Source: the human T2T-CHM13v2.0 reference genome, Homo sapiens. Taken from it: a stretch of 64,000 nucleotides of DNA. The DNA is taken from assembly GCF_009914755.1 (NCBI RefSeq), contig NC_060937.1; one strand, given 5' to 3'. A program made the position numbers and the translations under genes. How positions within the stretch are numbered: the first letter of the stretch is position 1; every line of letters begins with the position of its first letter. This document shows, one piece after another, positions 1 through 14,100 of the stretch. The notes beneath the pieces are model-generated. The model saw only the letters and a list, made by a program, of their open reading frames with translations. It did no database searches and was not told the DNA's origin.

Positions 1-260
1 GGGCTGCTGTAACAAAATACCATAGACTGGGTGGAACAGAAACAACAGAAATTTATTTCTCACAAATGTAGAGGCTAGAAGTCTGAAATCCTATGGGAGT
101 TCTCTGGGGTCATTTTTATTAGAGCACTAATCCCATTCACGAGTGCTCTGCTCTCATAACCTGACCACCTCCCAAAGCCCCACCTCCTAATACTATCACC
201 TTGTGGGTGAGGATTTCAACAGATGAATTATTGGGGGACACAAACATTCAGTGTACAGCA
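1..260 (-). mobile_element. MaLR LTR (MLT1A-like), partial
   Basis: gggctgctgtaacaaaataccatagactgggtgg...gggggacacaaacattcag, the typical reverse complement of MLT1A. Confidence 0.8.
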
Positions 261-2425
261 GAGAGGGTAAGTCATGTACCTGTGGACACAGAGCTGGAAA
301 TGATGACATAAATTAGAGCTCAGATTGGCCTGTGGCTCATGCCCATGTGGCCCTCTGCAGAATGCCTTGGCATTTTTTCCGTGGTTCCCTCTGCCACAAA
401 GGCCCTCCCTTCACCTGGGGCACCTGCTTCTCTTCCAGAGTCAGTTCCTGCCCCACTGCCCCACAGAAGTGTTTTCTGATGTGCTCTTCCTTGGGAAGAC
501 CTGACCAGGGCAAGGCAAGACAGCGGTGCTAGTTGTGCTCTGGACCGAGAAAGGGGTAGGATGGAAATTCAGCTACTGTTCCTGGCAACTGGTGAGTCTT
601 TGCCCCAGGCTATGGCTAACAATGAAAGGAAAACCTTATGGTAATCCTAACACCCAGAAGGGTCAGCCTTCACACAGAGACACTTGTAGGCAGTAGCTGG
701 GCCCTGGGACTGGCCATTCCCTCCTCCACGCCCTGCAAGCACAAGTGCTCAGGAACGTTCACCTCCTGCCTCTCTCTACCACTAGTGATCCTCTGAAGTG
801 CAGGAGCCACGTCTTAGGTGTTGTTGCTTACTTCTTGTCCAGGACAGGGACTGGCACACTTCTGCTTAGTGTTTGTTAGCAAATGGATAGAGGGAAGACT
901 GAAGGAAAGAGGAAAATCAGGTGTATTTCTTAAAGTTGGCAAGGTGATTCAATTCCTTTCTTCACACAACAAATATTTATTGAGCACTTGCTATGTGGCA
1001 GTCACAGTTTAGACAATGGGGTTACTGATACTTAAGGTGTTCTGGTTCTGGCACACGAGAAGCTGATTTATTATTTTCCTACCATGTCATACATAGAGGA
1101 AAGCAACAGTCTTGTATCAAGCTGGTTCTTTAAAATACCCTACTAGGTTTCCTGAGGTTTCATGCTTCTAGGCCCCTGATTACTTAACACATTCAAAACA
1201 GAAGAATCTTTTTATGTGCACCAGGAGAAGAAATGGAAAAACACTGACATCCCTGGAAAGTGGGAAATCCAAATTTCAGAATTTCTTCTCCACTGCCACA
1301 TGTTTCCCATTTGTTTGTTTTTCCAAAACACCCATTGCACCTCACCAGCATGGAGCTCAGGCTGGCCTCCAGGCAGGGCTCTTTTCCACAGCATCTGCCC
1401 CTCCCCACCAGAGCAGAAGGCAATGCTAACTGCACCTGGGACCATCATCCAGAGGAGCATCTCTGAGAAGCAAAGTGAATTGTCTGGTCTGAGCAGTTCC
1501 TAAGTGGATTAATGACTAATAACCCTTGGTTCCTAATGACCTGGATGAAATAATACAATTTCCTGGGCTCTGTGGAATTCTGGAGTCTCCAGCTATTAAA
1601 ACCACTACAAAGCACTCTTAGATACTAAATGCATGGTACATTTCACGATGTTGTTTTCTCGGTTCATGAGCTTGTGCATATTTGATTGCACATGCTCACT
1701 TTAAGAGGCACTTACCGCCCCTATCTTCAGCTCTGTTAAATGGAGAAAAGCCAGATAAACTAAGGCATTAGTGGCGCCAAATTAACGTGAGCATCACGTA
1801 AATGCTCATCAATGCCAAGAGGAGCCCATAGTTTCTGCTAGTAAGTAGAAAGTCCCTAATATGAGGAAGATATATTTATAATGTCAAAGGGATCTATTGT
1901 TAGTATCCCTAGTATTGGCTAATGGTAGAAAGGGTGCATAGTTATTTAGCATCTTGGAAATGCAAGTTTCTCATCATTTAGGTATTTTCAAAATGGGACA
2001 ATAACAAATGCAAAGGGTCATTGCAATGGCTACATGAGATCTGTGTGAGATGCCTAGCACAGAACTGGCACCTGGATGAATCCCAGGACCTGGCTGTTGG
2101 AGTATTTGGACATAGTGAACATGTGCTCCTCATAGAGCTAGAAGCTCACTAGAGTAACCCACCCTTCAGGTCACAGGGACCTGGGAATTCATTCTGAATA
2201 TTTAAAGCAGGGAAGGTTTACTCAGGTGATGGAAGGGCTGAGAGACAAGCAGGGAACTGAGATAACACAGAGTTTAACACAGCAAGAAGCCATCACCATG
2301 CCTGGGCTGCAGAGATACAGGGAGGAGACAGCTTTCCCCAAGCCTGGGAGTCACACAACAGAAGCTGGGGCCCCACAGAACACACAGTTGCCATCAGAAA
2401 TGCCACCTGCAGAACAGATGGGGAG

Positions 2426-2791
2426 TGATATCGTTAGGCTTTTTGTCCGCACTCAAATCTCATCTTGAATTATAATCATCATAATCCCCACGTCAAGGGA
2501 GAGACCAGGTGGAGGTAATTGAATCATGGGGATGGTTCCCCCATGCTGTTCTCATGATAGTGAGTGAGTTTTCATGAGATCTGATGGTTTTATAAGGGGC
2601 TCTTTCCCTCACTTCTCTCTCCTGCAGCCTTGTGAAGAAGGTGTCTGCTTACCCTTCGCCTTCCACCATGATTGTAAGTTTCCTGAAACTTCCCCAATCA
2701 TACGGAACTATAAGTTAGTTAAGCCTCTTTCCTTTATAAATTACCCAGTCTCAGGAAGTTCTTTATAGCAGTGTGAGAATGGACTAATACA
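2426..2791 (+). mobile_element. THE1/MST solo LTR (THE1D-like) nested in an older LTR remnant
   Basis: tgatat...ctcaaatctcatcttgaatt...ggactaataca termini, with 5-bp TSD GGGAG at 2421-2425 and 2792-2796. Confidence 0.88.
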
Positions 2792-4538
2792 GGGAGAAAT
2801 GCTCTGGCTTTTTTCTCCTTTTTTTCCACCTTCCCACCTCCCACCAGTGCCAAATCCAGCCAGAAGCTGGGCTGATATGGGAGTCTGAGCTTTAGGGGTG
2901 AGCCCTCACCGCACCCTATAGAGAGTAGAGCAGGGTAGAGGTGAGGAAGGGAACTGAGCCCACCCAGTGGGCCCGCAAGCCTGGGCAGTAAAGGTACCAA
3001 ATGAAATTATCTGGCTTGGAGGTCTTCATTTGGGGTGACATTTTGTTTCCAACCTATCTCCTCTCCTGCTGTCCTTGACCCCAACCTTCCTCATGCCTAT
3101 TTTCCAAATTCTCTTGAGTCTTCTGCTCCAGCTGGGTCATCTCCTATCCACAGGTGGGAAAGGAGGAAAGACACCAGCCCCACTGCAGCTACCACCCGCA
3201 CTGCTAGATGTCCGAGCATGTGCCTGCACTGAGCCACGCCTAGAGGGCAGCCAGGTGATGATGCTGCTCCTGCCTTGCATGTGCTCTGCCCAGTGCTCAG
3301 CAGACCTCCCTGGTAGGTGCTGTAGCTGTGCCACAGTGCTCTGGCCCTGAGCCTGGCCACCACATGTGTTATCAGGGAGGACCCTCCCCTTGAGTCACCT
3401 ACATTAGTGCTTAAAGCTCTAGCTTCAAACTCAGTCTCAACCCAGGGTAGGTGGAAAATAGAACTTTCTTTAGTATTTTTATAGCTCAGTTGCCATTTTT
3501 TTCAAGAAGTCCTTCTTCCCTGACCTGCCATGTGAAACTTACTGTTTGCAAACTCCCTCTTACATTCTATTAGTGAAACTAACCTAGATCCTAGATTAGG
3601 GAAAAGCTGCATGCATAAGGGGAAAAAATAACAAGAAGTGTAGTTTATTCTCCCCACTACGGCGCATCCTGTTGATGGAATATAGGAATATAATTCAATA
3701 ATTAAAACATTCATGCCGATGTGGTAAAACGTTGTGTTGCAGTGTAAATGGGAAAAATGCAGGATGCAAATTTTTGTCAAATGAAGCAACAAATGAGCAA
3801 GCAACAGCTTAGAAAACTGTCTGGCAGAGAATGCACCAAAAATTTGTCTTTTGGGAGATGGTACTATGAATGATTTTCATGTGAAGAAATTAAGTTTACT
3901 CCAGAGATCCCTTGAGTTCTAGAACTGGTCTTATTTATCTTTGTATCTTTCTTCCTTCCTCATCCCCAGAGCCTTGTATACACTCAATATGCAAGAAGCC
4001 CTGGAAGTTCCCAAGGTGTGTTTCCAAGACCCTACACCAGCCTGGCTGAAACAGGACCAGATCATCTCTCAAATCTCCATCTCATGGTCTTGGTGGCCAC
4101 CTGCTGCCTGAAGCTAGGGCTACAGAGGCGGGAGTGAAGAAGGACTCACCTGCCCAGACTGAAGCCACAGAATCCAGGGAGCCAGCCTCAAGGTCCAGTC
4201 AAGCAGTGCTCAGACTTACTGCTAGGATTTAGAAGAAAACAAAAGGGGATGATGAGGAATTGCAGATTTGAAACTAAGCTGGCGGGTTTAGGGTCTCTTC
4301 TGTACCATGGGTTTTGTGGAGGCTCTAATTCTGTGGTCTTTTTCCAGAATGCTATGTTCTTAGTCACTAATTTGCCTTATGTGACTTGACTAATTAGTAC
4401 CCTCAGGATGGGAAAGGCCTTACATGAGCAGCAGGAAATTTTTGGGGTCTGAGAAAAGGTGGCTGAAAGAAAGGGAAGGATCTGATAGGGGAGTGAAGAG
4501 TGTTAACGTAACTTTGGCTCCCTTCTCCATGTTTATGC

Positions 4539-5065
4539 TGTCAGCAGAAAAACCAAACTCTGCACAACATTTCAAAGAGGTTTATTCTAGGCCAATATGA
4601 GTGACCACGGCCCAGGGAAAACACAAACCCAAGAGGCCATGAGAAAGGAGTCCCAAGGCAGTCGGACTGTAACTCTGTTTTAAGCATTTCAGGGCAGCAG
4701 AAACTACAGGCAAAGTTGTAAATTGATACATGGAGGTTTATACATTGGTTCAGCCCCAAGAGGTGGGATATCATGAATTGGGGGACTTACAGGTCATAGG
4801 TGGGATCAAAGATTCTTTAATTTGTAATTGGTTAAAGGAACAAAGCTCTGTGTAAAGTCAGCTTAAAGAAATGTTTACATGAAAGGAAGGAAGTTTGCTA
4901 GTCATCATGTGATGCTATGCCAGAGTCGGGTTATGAGAGCAAGATACAATATATTGGGTCAAAATGACATGTTTAGCCAGATTGATGGTCTGTAGGTATG
5001 ACTCTCTCCAGGCCTTTTTGGAGAGAATTTTTAGCAAAGAGAAAGAGGTCAGAGTTCAGTCCTCA
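4539..5065 (-). mobile_element. ERV1 MER4-group solo LTR
   Basis: aaaccaaactctg...gaggtttattctaggccaatatgagtgaccacggccc...gttcagtcctca resembles MER4B/D in reverse. Confidence 0.7.
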
Positions 5066-5664
5066 ATGATCTCCACAAAGACTGCTCTGCCTGAAACTTG
5101 TGATATAAATCATGCCGTGGGACATGGGCCTGCTCCTCTCCAAGGGCCGTTGGCTGGGCCTCTTAGGGTTCAAACCAGAATCTCCTGATTCTCACTCTCA
5201 TACGATATTATGCAAAGAAAAACTCCCTTTTGGAAAAACCCCCTTCTGGAATCCTTAATTTGGCAATCTTCCAATTTGCTCAACATACTAAAAAAAAATT
5301 AAAGAGGTAAGTGTGTATGTATGTGTATGTGGGGGGACGCCAGGGATGAGTGGGGAGAGGGTGTCATGTGGCCCACGCACTGCACAGTTCTCCGGCTACT
5401 TTCTCTCCCAACTCTGATTGGACTGGAGCGGACATTAATGCTCACTCCAGCCTCATCACCTCTCCAGAGAGCTGACACTGCTTGGGAAGCTAAATTGTTC
5501 TTTTTGAAGGGAGAATTACATATGAGAGACTGAAAATCGAAACAAACTAAAAAGGATGCAAGCTCACTATGAATTAGTTAAGTCTATTGCGTTATCTTAT
5601 GGCAAGTTTATAACTTTCTCCCTGAATTTTGGGTTCCCTTGGTTGGAGAAGGGAAATGTAGATG

Positions 5665-6108
5665 TGTTCCCTAGGACTACCATAACAAAGTACTGCAAAC
5701 TTGATGGCTTAAATTAAAGCAACAGAAATTCATTCTCTCACAGTTCTGGAGGGCAGAAGTCAGAAATCAAGATGCCAGCAGGGCTGCACTCCCTCTTCTG
5801 AAGGCTCTAGGGGGAGTCTTTCATTGATTTACCAGTTCTAGTGGCTCCAGGTGTTCCTTGGCTTATAGCTGCATCACTTTAATCATTTTACATGGCCTTC
5901 TCCCCTGTGTGAGCTTGTTGACACTCCTTTGTCGTCTCTCTTACAAGGATACATGTAATTGTATTTTGGGCTCACCTGGATAATGAAAAATAAACTCGTT
6001 GCCTCAAGATCCTTAATTAACCACCATTTGTGCCACATAAGGTCACATTTACAGAATCCAGGATTTGAATATGGGCATGTCTTTGGTGCCAATGTGTAGC
6101 CCACTACA
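5665..6108 (-). mobile_element. MaLR LTR (MLT1C-like)
   Basis: cataacaaagtactgcaaactt...caacagaaattcattctctcacagttctggagg...cccactaca. Confidence 0.8.
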
Positions 6109-6213
6109 CTACGTAATTCTTTTCTCTGTCTTATCACAGAACAGGCTCTCTTACACATAAAGTTGGTTGCTTTCTAAATTCCATGAGGTTTCAAGTTTGT
6201 TTCCATTGTTCCC

Positions 6214-6519
6214 CTTTCTTTCTTTTTTTTTTTTTTGAGATGGAGTTTCGCTCTTGTTGCCCAGGCTGAGGAGCTCAACGGTATAATCTCAGCTCGCCGC
6301 AACTTTCACCTCCCAGGTTCAAACGATTCTCCTGCCTCAGCATCCCAAGTAGCTGGGATTACAGGCACCTGCCACCATGCCCAGCTAATTTTTGTATTTT
6401 TAGTAGAGATAGGGTTTCACCATGTTGGCCAGGCTGGTCTTGAACTCCTGACCTCGTCATCTGCCCACTTCGGCCTCCCAAAGTGCTGGGATTACAGGCG
6501 TGAGCCACTGCGCCCAGCC
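6214..6519 (-). mobile_element. Alu (AluS, Sq/Sp-like)
   Basis: Poly-T, gagatggagtttcgctcttgttgcccagg, both arms, ends cgcccagcc. Confidence 0.95.
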
Positions 6520-7376
6520 TGTTCTTCCACTTTCTTAATGACCTAAATAGAAACATGATTCACGCTGACTTCTTCCTTTGTATTTAACCTTGCACTATGA
6601 AAACAAACTACTGTCTCTGATGCCTTAGTAACTTAATAGTGCTTCTGATCTTTTGAAAATCACAGGTTTGTGCTTATAGGAATATATCCTCTAGACTCAA
6701 GCTTATGTCTCTAAAAGTCTAACTAAAGGCCTTGTGGCTGGTACATTACTGTAATCAGCAAGAAACTGGCCCTGATTCTCTTAAACTCACTTTGTTCAAC
6801 TGAGAACAAACTTGGAAGTCTCCTACAAAACTGGAGTTGATTCTCATCTCTTGATTACTTCTGCAGGCCTTTGAAAGTTCCGGAGAAGTTCTCTGTGTGC
6901 CATATACATTAAACACGCTTCCATGTTTTCCTTTAAATCATCAAGAGCAGCACATAGGATAATGTGTTTATTCCTTTCTCTGCTCCCTAGGATTATCTTC
7001 TTTTTAAAGTCATCGACCCTTTCCCTATCTACTCTAAATGAATGATTTCTTGCTCCATCCTGACAAATCCGGTTAAAATGACATTGCATCTCTTTATATC
7101 ATCTGTCCAAATTGTACAAAGAAAGAGTGTCTAATGGGCACTCTCCAGCAAATTTACTGCCTATGGAGTGCTTAGAGATCCCAGGCTGTCCTAAAAATAA
7201 AAGAAAGTCTTGAATAGGTTTCTCCTTTCTCTGAGGTTTACAGATTCAGAAGCAGGGAGTAGGGAGAAAGCATTTCCCTCATTATCTTTCTAATACTCTT
7301 GAAACATATTCTGCTCCTTGAAAACCTAATATTCAAAAGTTAGCTCTCGGAGTGTAGGATCGATTTTTTTTCACTG

Positions 7377-7998
7377 TTTATTTTATTTTAAAGTTTTTAA
7401 TTTTTTTTATTTTTATTTTTATTTTTTATTTTTTGGAGACAGAGTCTCACTCTGTCACCCAGGCTGGAGTGCAGTGGCACGATCTCAGTTCACTGCAACC
7501 TGCGCCTCCCGGGTTCAAGCAATTCCCTGCCTTAGCCTCCCAAGTAGCTGGGATTACAGGTGCCTGTCACCACGCCAGGCTAATTTTTGTGTTTTTAGTA
7601 GAGACGGGGTTTCACCATCTTGGCCAGGCTGGTCTCGAACTCCTGACCTCGTGATCCACCCGCCTCAGCCCACCAAAGTGCTGGGATTAGGCATGAGCCT
7701 TTTTTTTTTTTTTCTGAGGCAGTCTTGCTCTGTCACCCAGGCTGGAGTGCAGTGGTGTGATCCCAGCTCACTGCAGCCACAACATCCCCAGCTCAAGCAA
7801 TCCTTCCACTTTAGCTTCCTGAGTAGCTGAGACTATAGGCACATGCCACCATGTCCAGCTAATTTTTGTATTTTTTTTTTTAGAGATGGGGTCTCCCTGT
7901 GTCACTCAGACTGCTTTCAGTCTGTTCTGGACTCGAGATCTTCCTGCCTCAGCCTCCCAAAGTGCTAGGGTTATAGGGGTGAGCCACTCCATCCAGCC
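7377..7998 (-). mobile_element. Tandem Alus: AluS (7377-7698) inserted at the tail of an AluJ (7699-7998)
   Basis: Two consecutive antisense Alu bodies, each preceded by a T-rich tail. Confidence 0.9.
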
Positions 7999-8038
7999 CA
8001 CTTTATTCATTTTAATGAGATGAACATTAGTCAATTAA

Positions 8039-8279
<241 letters not shown>

Positions 8280-8529
8280 AATTGGGCTTTTATTGGAGAA
8301 GAATGAATATCTATAGTGACTGCTTGTAGAATTAAATGTTGTTTCAAGCTTTTTGCCCCCTAAAGATGAGAATGGTAATATAACATTTGTGTACTGTGAG
8401 TTCTAATTGGGATAAATAAAATACTAGAAATAGAATCCCAGACCCAGGAAGAACCTTGTCTTCAGAGGAGCAACCTTGGTCCCAGCCCCTTCTCCACAGC
8501 TGCATGAAGAAGCTGCACAGAAAACCACT

Positions 8530-9190
8530 CACCCTCACCCCTAGAAAGTACCCTTCCCAGCCCCTAGTAACCACTATTCTACTCTCCACTTCTATAGGAT
8601 CAAATTTTTTAGCTTCCACATGTGAGTGAGAACATGCAGTATTTATCTTTCTATGCCTGGCTTAGTTCACTTAACATAATGTCTCCCAAGCTCATCCATG
8701 TTGCCACAAATGACAAATTTTGTTCTTTTTAAATCAGTAAATAGTATTCAATTGTGAATATATACCACATTTTTCATCCATCTTTCTGTTGATGAACATT
8801 TCGGGTGATCCATATTTTGGCTATTGTGAATAGTGCTACAGTAAACATGAGAGTGCAGAGATCTCAACAAGATTCAGTAACCTTACTACTGAGTATATAT
8901 CCAAAGTATTTTATTCATTTTGATGCTATTATAAATGGAATAGTTTCCTTAGTTTCCATTTTTGGATTGTTTATTGTTAGTGTATATAAATGCAACTGAT
9001 TTTTGTGTATTGATTTCCTGTCCTGCAACTTTGCTCAATTTGCTTGCTTATTAGTTCTATTGGGGTTTTGTGTGTGTGTGTGTGCATGGTATCTTCAGGT
9101 TTTTCTACATATAAGATTTTATCATTTGCAAACAGACAAAATTTTACTTATTTATTTCCAATTTGGATCCCTTTTACTTATTTTTCTTGC
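8530..9190 (-). mobile_element. Old L1M fragments
   Basis: cccctagtaaccactattctactctc...gtgagaacatgcagtattt...ggctattgtgaatagtgct is antisense L1 3' end, followed by an ORF2 fragment. Confidence 0.8.
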
Positions 9191-9999
9191 TTAATGTTAC
9201 TGCAGCTTTCTATGCAGGAAACGAGGATTTGAACAGTGATGGAGAGATGAGTAATGGTTCGATTTGGAACATATTTTATGGGCAGAACAAATGGAACTTG
9301 TTGGCTCAGAAGTGGGTGGTGGAAGAAAGAGGGAAGTTAAAAGTGACTTCTAGGTTTATGGATGGATGAACTGGCTAAATTATTGTGGTGCCATTTGCTT
9401 AGACAGGGTAGATGGGGGGATGCAGGACTAAGAGAGGAAGAGAAAAGCTCCACCTGGGCCACATTAAATTTGGCCATGATTGTGGATCAGATAGGTAAAA
9501 GCAAGAGAAGGAGGGAAGAAGTCAGAACACAGACCTCTGGGGAAAGCTCACACGTAGAAAAGGGGTGGAAGAAGAGGCATCAGAAAGAGAGGCAAAGAAG
9601 AGCAATCTGAGGGGTAGAAAAAGAACCAGGAAAGTCAGAGAAAAAAGGGAAAAGTTTCAGGAAAGTGGCAATGGTCAACTATGCAAACAAGAGGGGAAGG
9701 AAGGTGAGGACTGAGAAAGGATTTTTTATGTAAGCAACAAGGAGGTTTTTGGTGACCTCTGACAGAACATTTTCAGCAGACTGGATAAGGTCTCTGCCTG
9801 AGTGCAAGTGAGCTGAAAATGCAAGTGAGTGAGGGAAGTGCTTTAAAAAAGTCTAAAGTGCTATGTGTGTAAGGCAATGTTGCTATTTCTGTTGCCATGG
9901 AAACAGAAACCATTTAGGAGAACTAAAAGCCACTTAAAATTCCTGACTCTAACCCATCATATCCGCTTGATCTCTTGAGAAAGATAATGACAAAAAACC

Positions 10000-10292
10000 A
10001 GTCATTAGAGGGGCAGGGCAATTTTAGGTTTCTTCTTTTTAGACATAGCCCCTAACTGGAAATTTTCACCCTTCTTGAGAAGGGAGCTTGCACTAACATC
10101 TACAATGGCTTCTAAAAAGCACAGATGACCTGCTACACTTCCTGACTTGCTTGCTATTGGTTGGCACTGTTCATAAATATAATTTGCTCTTTCACTTTTC
10201 TTTGAAATGAGCAACCTGAATTACTCGGAGGAGAAAGGCAGGAGAGATAGAGGCAGCAGAAGCCAGGGCAGCTGAAAGACAGAGACCTTCAG
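10000..10292 (+). other. CYSLTR2: Candidate first non-coding exon of CYSLTR2 (5' boundary uncertain)
   Basis: Unique non-repeat sequence ending in donor TTCAG|GTGGGC (GT at 10293), with a TF-motif cluster. CYSLTR2 is known to have several upstream non-coding exons ~50 kb from the coding exon. The start coordinate is approximate. Confidence 0.6.
10058..10206 (+). promoter_or_regulatory. Putative distal promoter motif cluster (STAT6-like, CCAAT, TATA-like, IRF-E/GAS)
   Basis: TTC-TTGA-GAA 10072-10081; ATTGG ~10156; CATAAATATAA ~10172; TTTCACTTTT 10190-10199; TTC-TTT-GAA 10198-10206. Motif matches only. Confidence 0.4.
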
Positions 10293-10524
10293 GTGGGCAT
10301 TTTAATCTTTGTTTTGTTAATTCAGTGTTGAGCATCATGACTTGATGATCACATAATAGTCAGAGGAGTAATTTTTTAAAAGTAAATTTGTTTTGTTCTA
10401 CTATAAATGTTATTTTCCTATCATGTACATGGTAGTTTAAAAAATACTGTGGAAGTATAAAAATGTTGAAAGAAGCCAAATTCTCCACCAAAATAGCCTC
10501 TATTGATATTTTGGGGATCGTCCC

Positions 10525-10526
<2 letters not shown>

Positions 10527-10572
<46 letters not shown>

Positions 10573-10591
10573 TGTGTGTGTGTGTGTGTGT
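10527..10591. repeat. (TG)n microsatellite, ~32 units with one interruption
   Basis: Read directly from the sequence. Confidence 0.98.
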
Positions 10592-10968
10592 ATGCACATA
10601 TAACTTTAGTTTTCATAGTTGCGTCCCTACACTATGGACAAGTTTGTATTCATTTCCTCCATATCAGTCTATGGTTTTTCCATGTTGCTGTGAATTCTTT
10701 GTAATCATAAATTAAAGCTGCTGCATATTATTGCATTGAGGAACTTTACTATACTTCCTCCATTTTTGGCTGTTATCCTCTTTTTCATAGTTTGGGTCCT
10801 TCTATTATATAAGATATATTTTTTCCATTCAGTGTCTTGTTTTAGGGGTAGAAGAAGTTAAATCTGAGCACATATATTTCAATGGTTTTGCTCAGAGGCA
10901 CAATGAGAATGAAAGAGTATGTGAGATCATGAGCATATAATCTGTTCCTTACCCCACTGGGACCCTAA

Positions 10969-11150
10969 TCAGTGTTTCTCAACCCTGGCTGCACATCTGG
11001 CCAGAATCACCCGACTCTGAGGAGATTAGAAAATTACCCCTAGAATAACTGAAGCTTAACTTTTGGAGATCAGTGAGTCATCTGCAGTATTTTATCTTGT
11101 TTTCCAGAAACTTCTCAGGTGGTTCTAATGGGTGGTCAGCATAAAAACAG
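10969..11150. mobile_element. MER5-like hAT DNA transposon remnant
   Basis: cagtgtttctcaaccctggctgcacat...caggtggttctaatg. Confidence 0.6.
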
Positions 11151-14100
11151 ATGACCTAGGTCATTCAAAATATTTTTCTGTCTCTGAAATATACCTGAGA
11201 GTAATATGTATTAGGAGAAAGGGAGGTATAATTTAAGGCAAGCCAACCAAATCTCCCTTTCAACACTACATAAATAATGCAAATTATAAAATAATTTGTG
11301 GGAAACATAAGACTTCTAGAAATTTCTATCATCTACTCAGCCACATAAACTCTTGAGATAAGAATCTACTTGTGTTTCGATTTACTAATGTTTTAAAGAG
11401 ATGGATTTGTTTCCAGTGCTTCGGTGGTTAAAAGTTAGAGAAGTTGAGGCTCAAGTGTGTTCTAAATGTATCTGAATCACGCCCATATCTGCTAGAATCT
11501 ACCAAGGCAGCCAGGCTTCCTTTTAAAACTCTTCAAGATTAAACACAAGGTGGGCATTTAATAGCTGGCCAGTTCACTAACACACTGTGGGCACAGCGAA
11601 GATCGATGGGATTGGATTTGGAGGCAGAAGGTGGCTCACTCTGGCTTTCAGGAGCCACATAGACATGGCATTTACCTTCTCTGGACCTCATATCCTCAGG
11701 AGGAAAGTGGATAGAGTTTATGCCAGGGCTGCGTTCTGGTTTCTCCCATCAGGGACTGAAAACAGAGCCACAGCGCCTAAACCACACTGAAGCATTTGCT
11801 GTTGCACTCAGCCTGCTACAGGCTAGGAATCATCCCAATGAGACCAACAGCATGTTAATCTAATTTCTTCTTGTTTTGACTCAGTGGAGAACACCTGTTT
11901 AGTACCTTCTTTAATGAATGTAAACATTCACATAGTACTTTACTATTTACAAAACATGTTTACAGGCATCAGTTCATTTGATCCACATACTAGCCTTAAG
12001 AACTGGAGGATGTAATTCTTATTTTAAAGATGGTAAAGATGAGACCAAGAGAACATAGGATCTTTCCCAGGTGGAACCAGAACTGGTCCAATCTGGTTGA
12101 GCCCAGGGCACATGGTCCTTTCTTACAACTTAAATAATAGCTATTGTGGGAAATTGGTTAAACAAATTTCATAATGTTTATATAATTGGCTATTCTGTAT
12201 CCAGTTAAATGATGACATTGATGTTGTTAGTTGGCAAAGAAAGGTGATCATGACACGAAATAAGAAAAAAGCAAGATACAAACAGCATTATAAGTGTGCT
12301 CATTTTTGTTCAAAAATATTTGTATATATTTCAAGAAAGATAAAAAAACCATATATGCAAAATTTTAGCTATGTCTGGTTGGTAGTAAAGTTCATTATTT
12401 AAGTTTATTTCAGCTTGTATTACATTGTAATTTTTTTTTACCATGAATGTGTACTACTTGTGTAATAAAAATAAATAGAATTGTTCATGTGTTTCTGGTT
12501 GGCTCTTCTCCAGATGAAATGGCCCCATCTTCTTTCACTTGACCATAAAGAAGGCTCCTGTTTAATTATCTGAGTTTTGTACATTATTGTCACAAATCTT
12601 ATTGTGATTGTTAGCTAGTACTGACTGAACTCTTCACATGTGTTGGGCACCAAGTTAATCACTTAACATCCATTTTTTTTTCATCAATACTCACTCCAGT
12701 GCTCCTTTGGCAGATGAGAGTTTGAAGCTCAGACGGCTGCAGTAATAAAAGAGACTAAAAGGCAGAGTTGAAACTTAAACCCAGGTCCCTTTTAACTCAA
12801 AAGCACATGCTTTCATTCATTATATCACTCTGCCTCCTATCCACCTGGGATCACATGAGCAGCCTCCATTTTGGAGGAAAGATGATATATTTTTTCAGTG
12901 TACTCATTGCTGTGTACATGAGTACATGATGGTTACCTTGGGCATCGTTAGCATTTCCTGTGTACTCCAGAATCAAAGATCCTTTCTGCTTTTCTATAGT
13001 TTGCTCTGTGCACCAGATATCTGAGGCACTCTAGTTCCCCAAGGGTAAGCCTTTAAGATAAAAGCCTCACAAGGGATTGTGCAATTACCCAATGAACTCT
13101 GGCTAATGCGGCAGCCAAATTGGATAATACAAAGAAAGGCAAGCATTTTGCTGTGGGTGCTCAGCGTTGCTAGAGAGCTTTTTGAAATCCATGTCAGAAA
13201 CCCCTAGCACTGTATTTCTTTATTTCTCAGGGTATTGGCCACTGCCTCCTTTGTACTGCAGTTACTTATGTACAGTATGTTCTATTGGACCAAGACTCTG
13301 ACATTGGAGTCATTGCATAGAACCTAGCACATAAACTCCATTGAGAATAAAGGCATTGTGTAAATAAATCAATTCACCCAATGAATGCAGACTTTATTAG
13401 TTACAGCTAATGTTTATCTCTGTTGAACTTTATTAACCTCTTTATATTAATTGACCCATGGAGAAAATATAATCTTGACAGAATTTAAAGGAAAACCTCT
13501 TCCAATGGATTGATGACTTTGTGGCAGTACAGTCAGTCTTTTGACAAAGAAATCTAGTTATTATTCGAGAGGCCCAGGATAAGGGTCTAAGCAGTGAGTT
13601 GGAGTCAAGAAATTCCAAAGTCGGAAGGGTCCTTAGGAAGAGCTGGGACCAGAGGCAGAGTTTTTTTTGCCTCTTTAGTGTAAAGTCCTTAACGGAGAGG
13701 TTTCAAAAAAGTACAGGAAGCAGACTATAGAAAGAACAGAAGAAAGGAGAGAAAGGAGGGAAGTAGAGGAGAGGGGAGAGGAGGGAAAGAGATGGAAAAG
13801 GAGAGAGGAAAAGAGGGGAAGGGAGCTGGTTTACTCTGGAAGTTTAAATATTAATTAAGCTGGGAGAAATTAAAATAATTTAGTCCACCATTATTACCTA
13901 CATTGTACATTATATAAATAAGAATTTATTATAAAAAAGATAATTTCCCACGTAAGTCTCCTGCCATGAGGCTGTAGAAACAGCATCGTACCTTGTTTGT
14001 ACCTCTAGTACAGAAAAACAATCATCTAAAGAGTATTTGAAGGCATCCTAGATTCTTTTTTCTCTTTTGTCAAATTATTATTTTTAAAGTATTTTAAATT

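Noticed and set aside
1788-1808. 7-bp stem hairpin around CACGTAA
   Set aside because: Short enough to occur by chance in 64 kb.
332-3804. Cluster of 60-100 aa ORFs upstream of the gene
   Set aside because: No homology I recognise, overlapping frames, many non-ATG starts; consistent with random ORFs.
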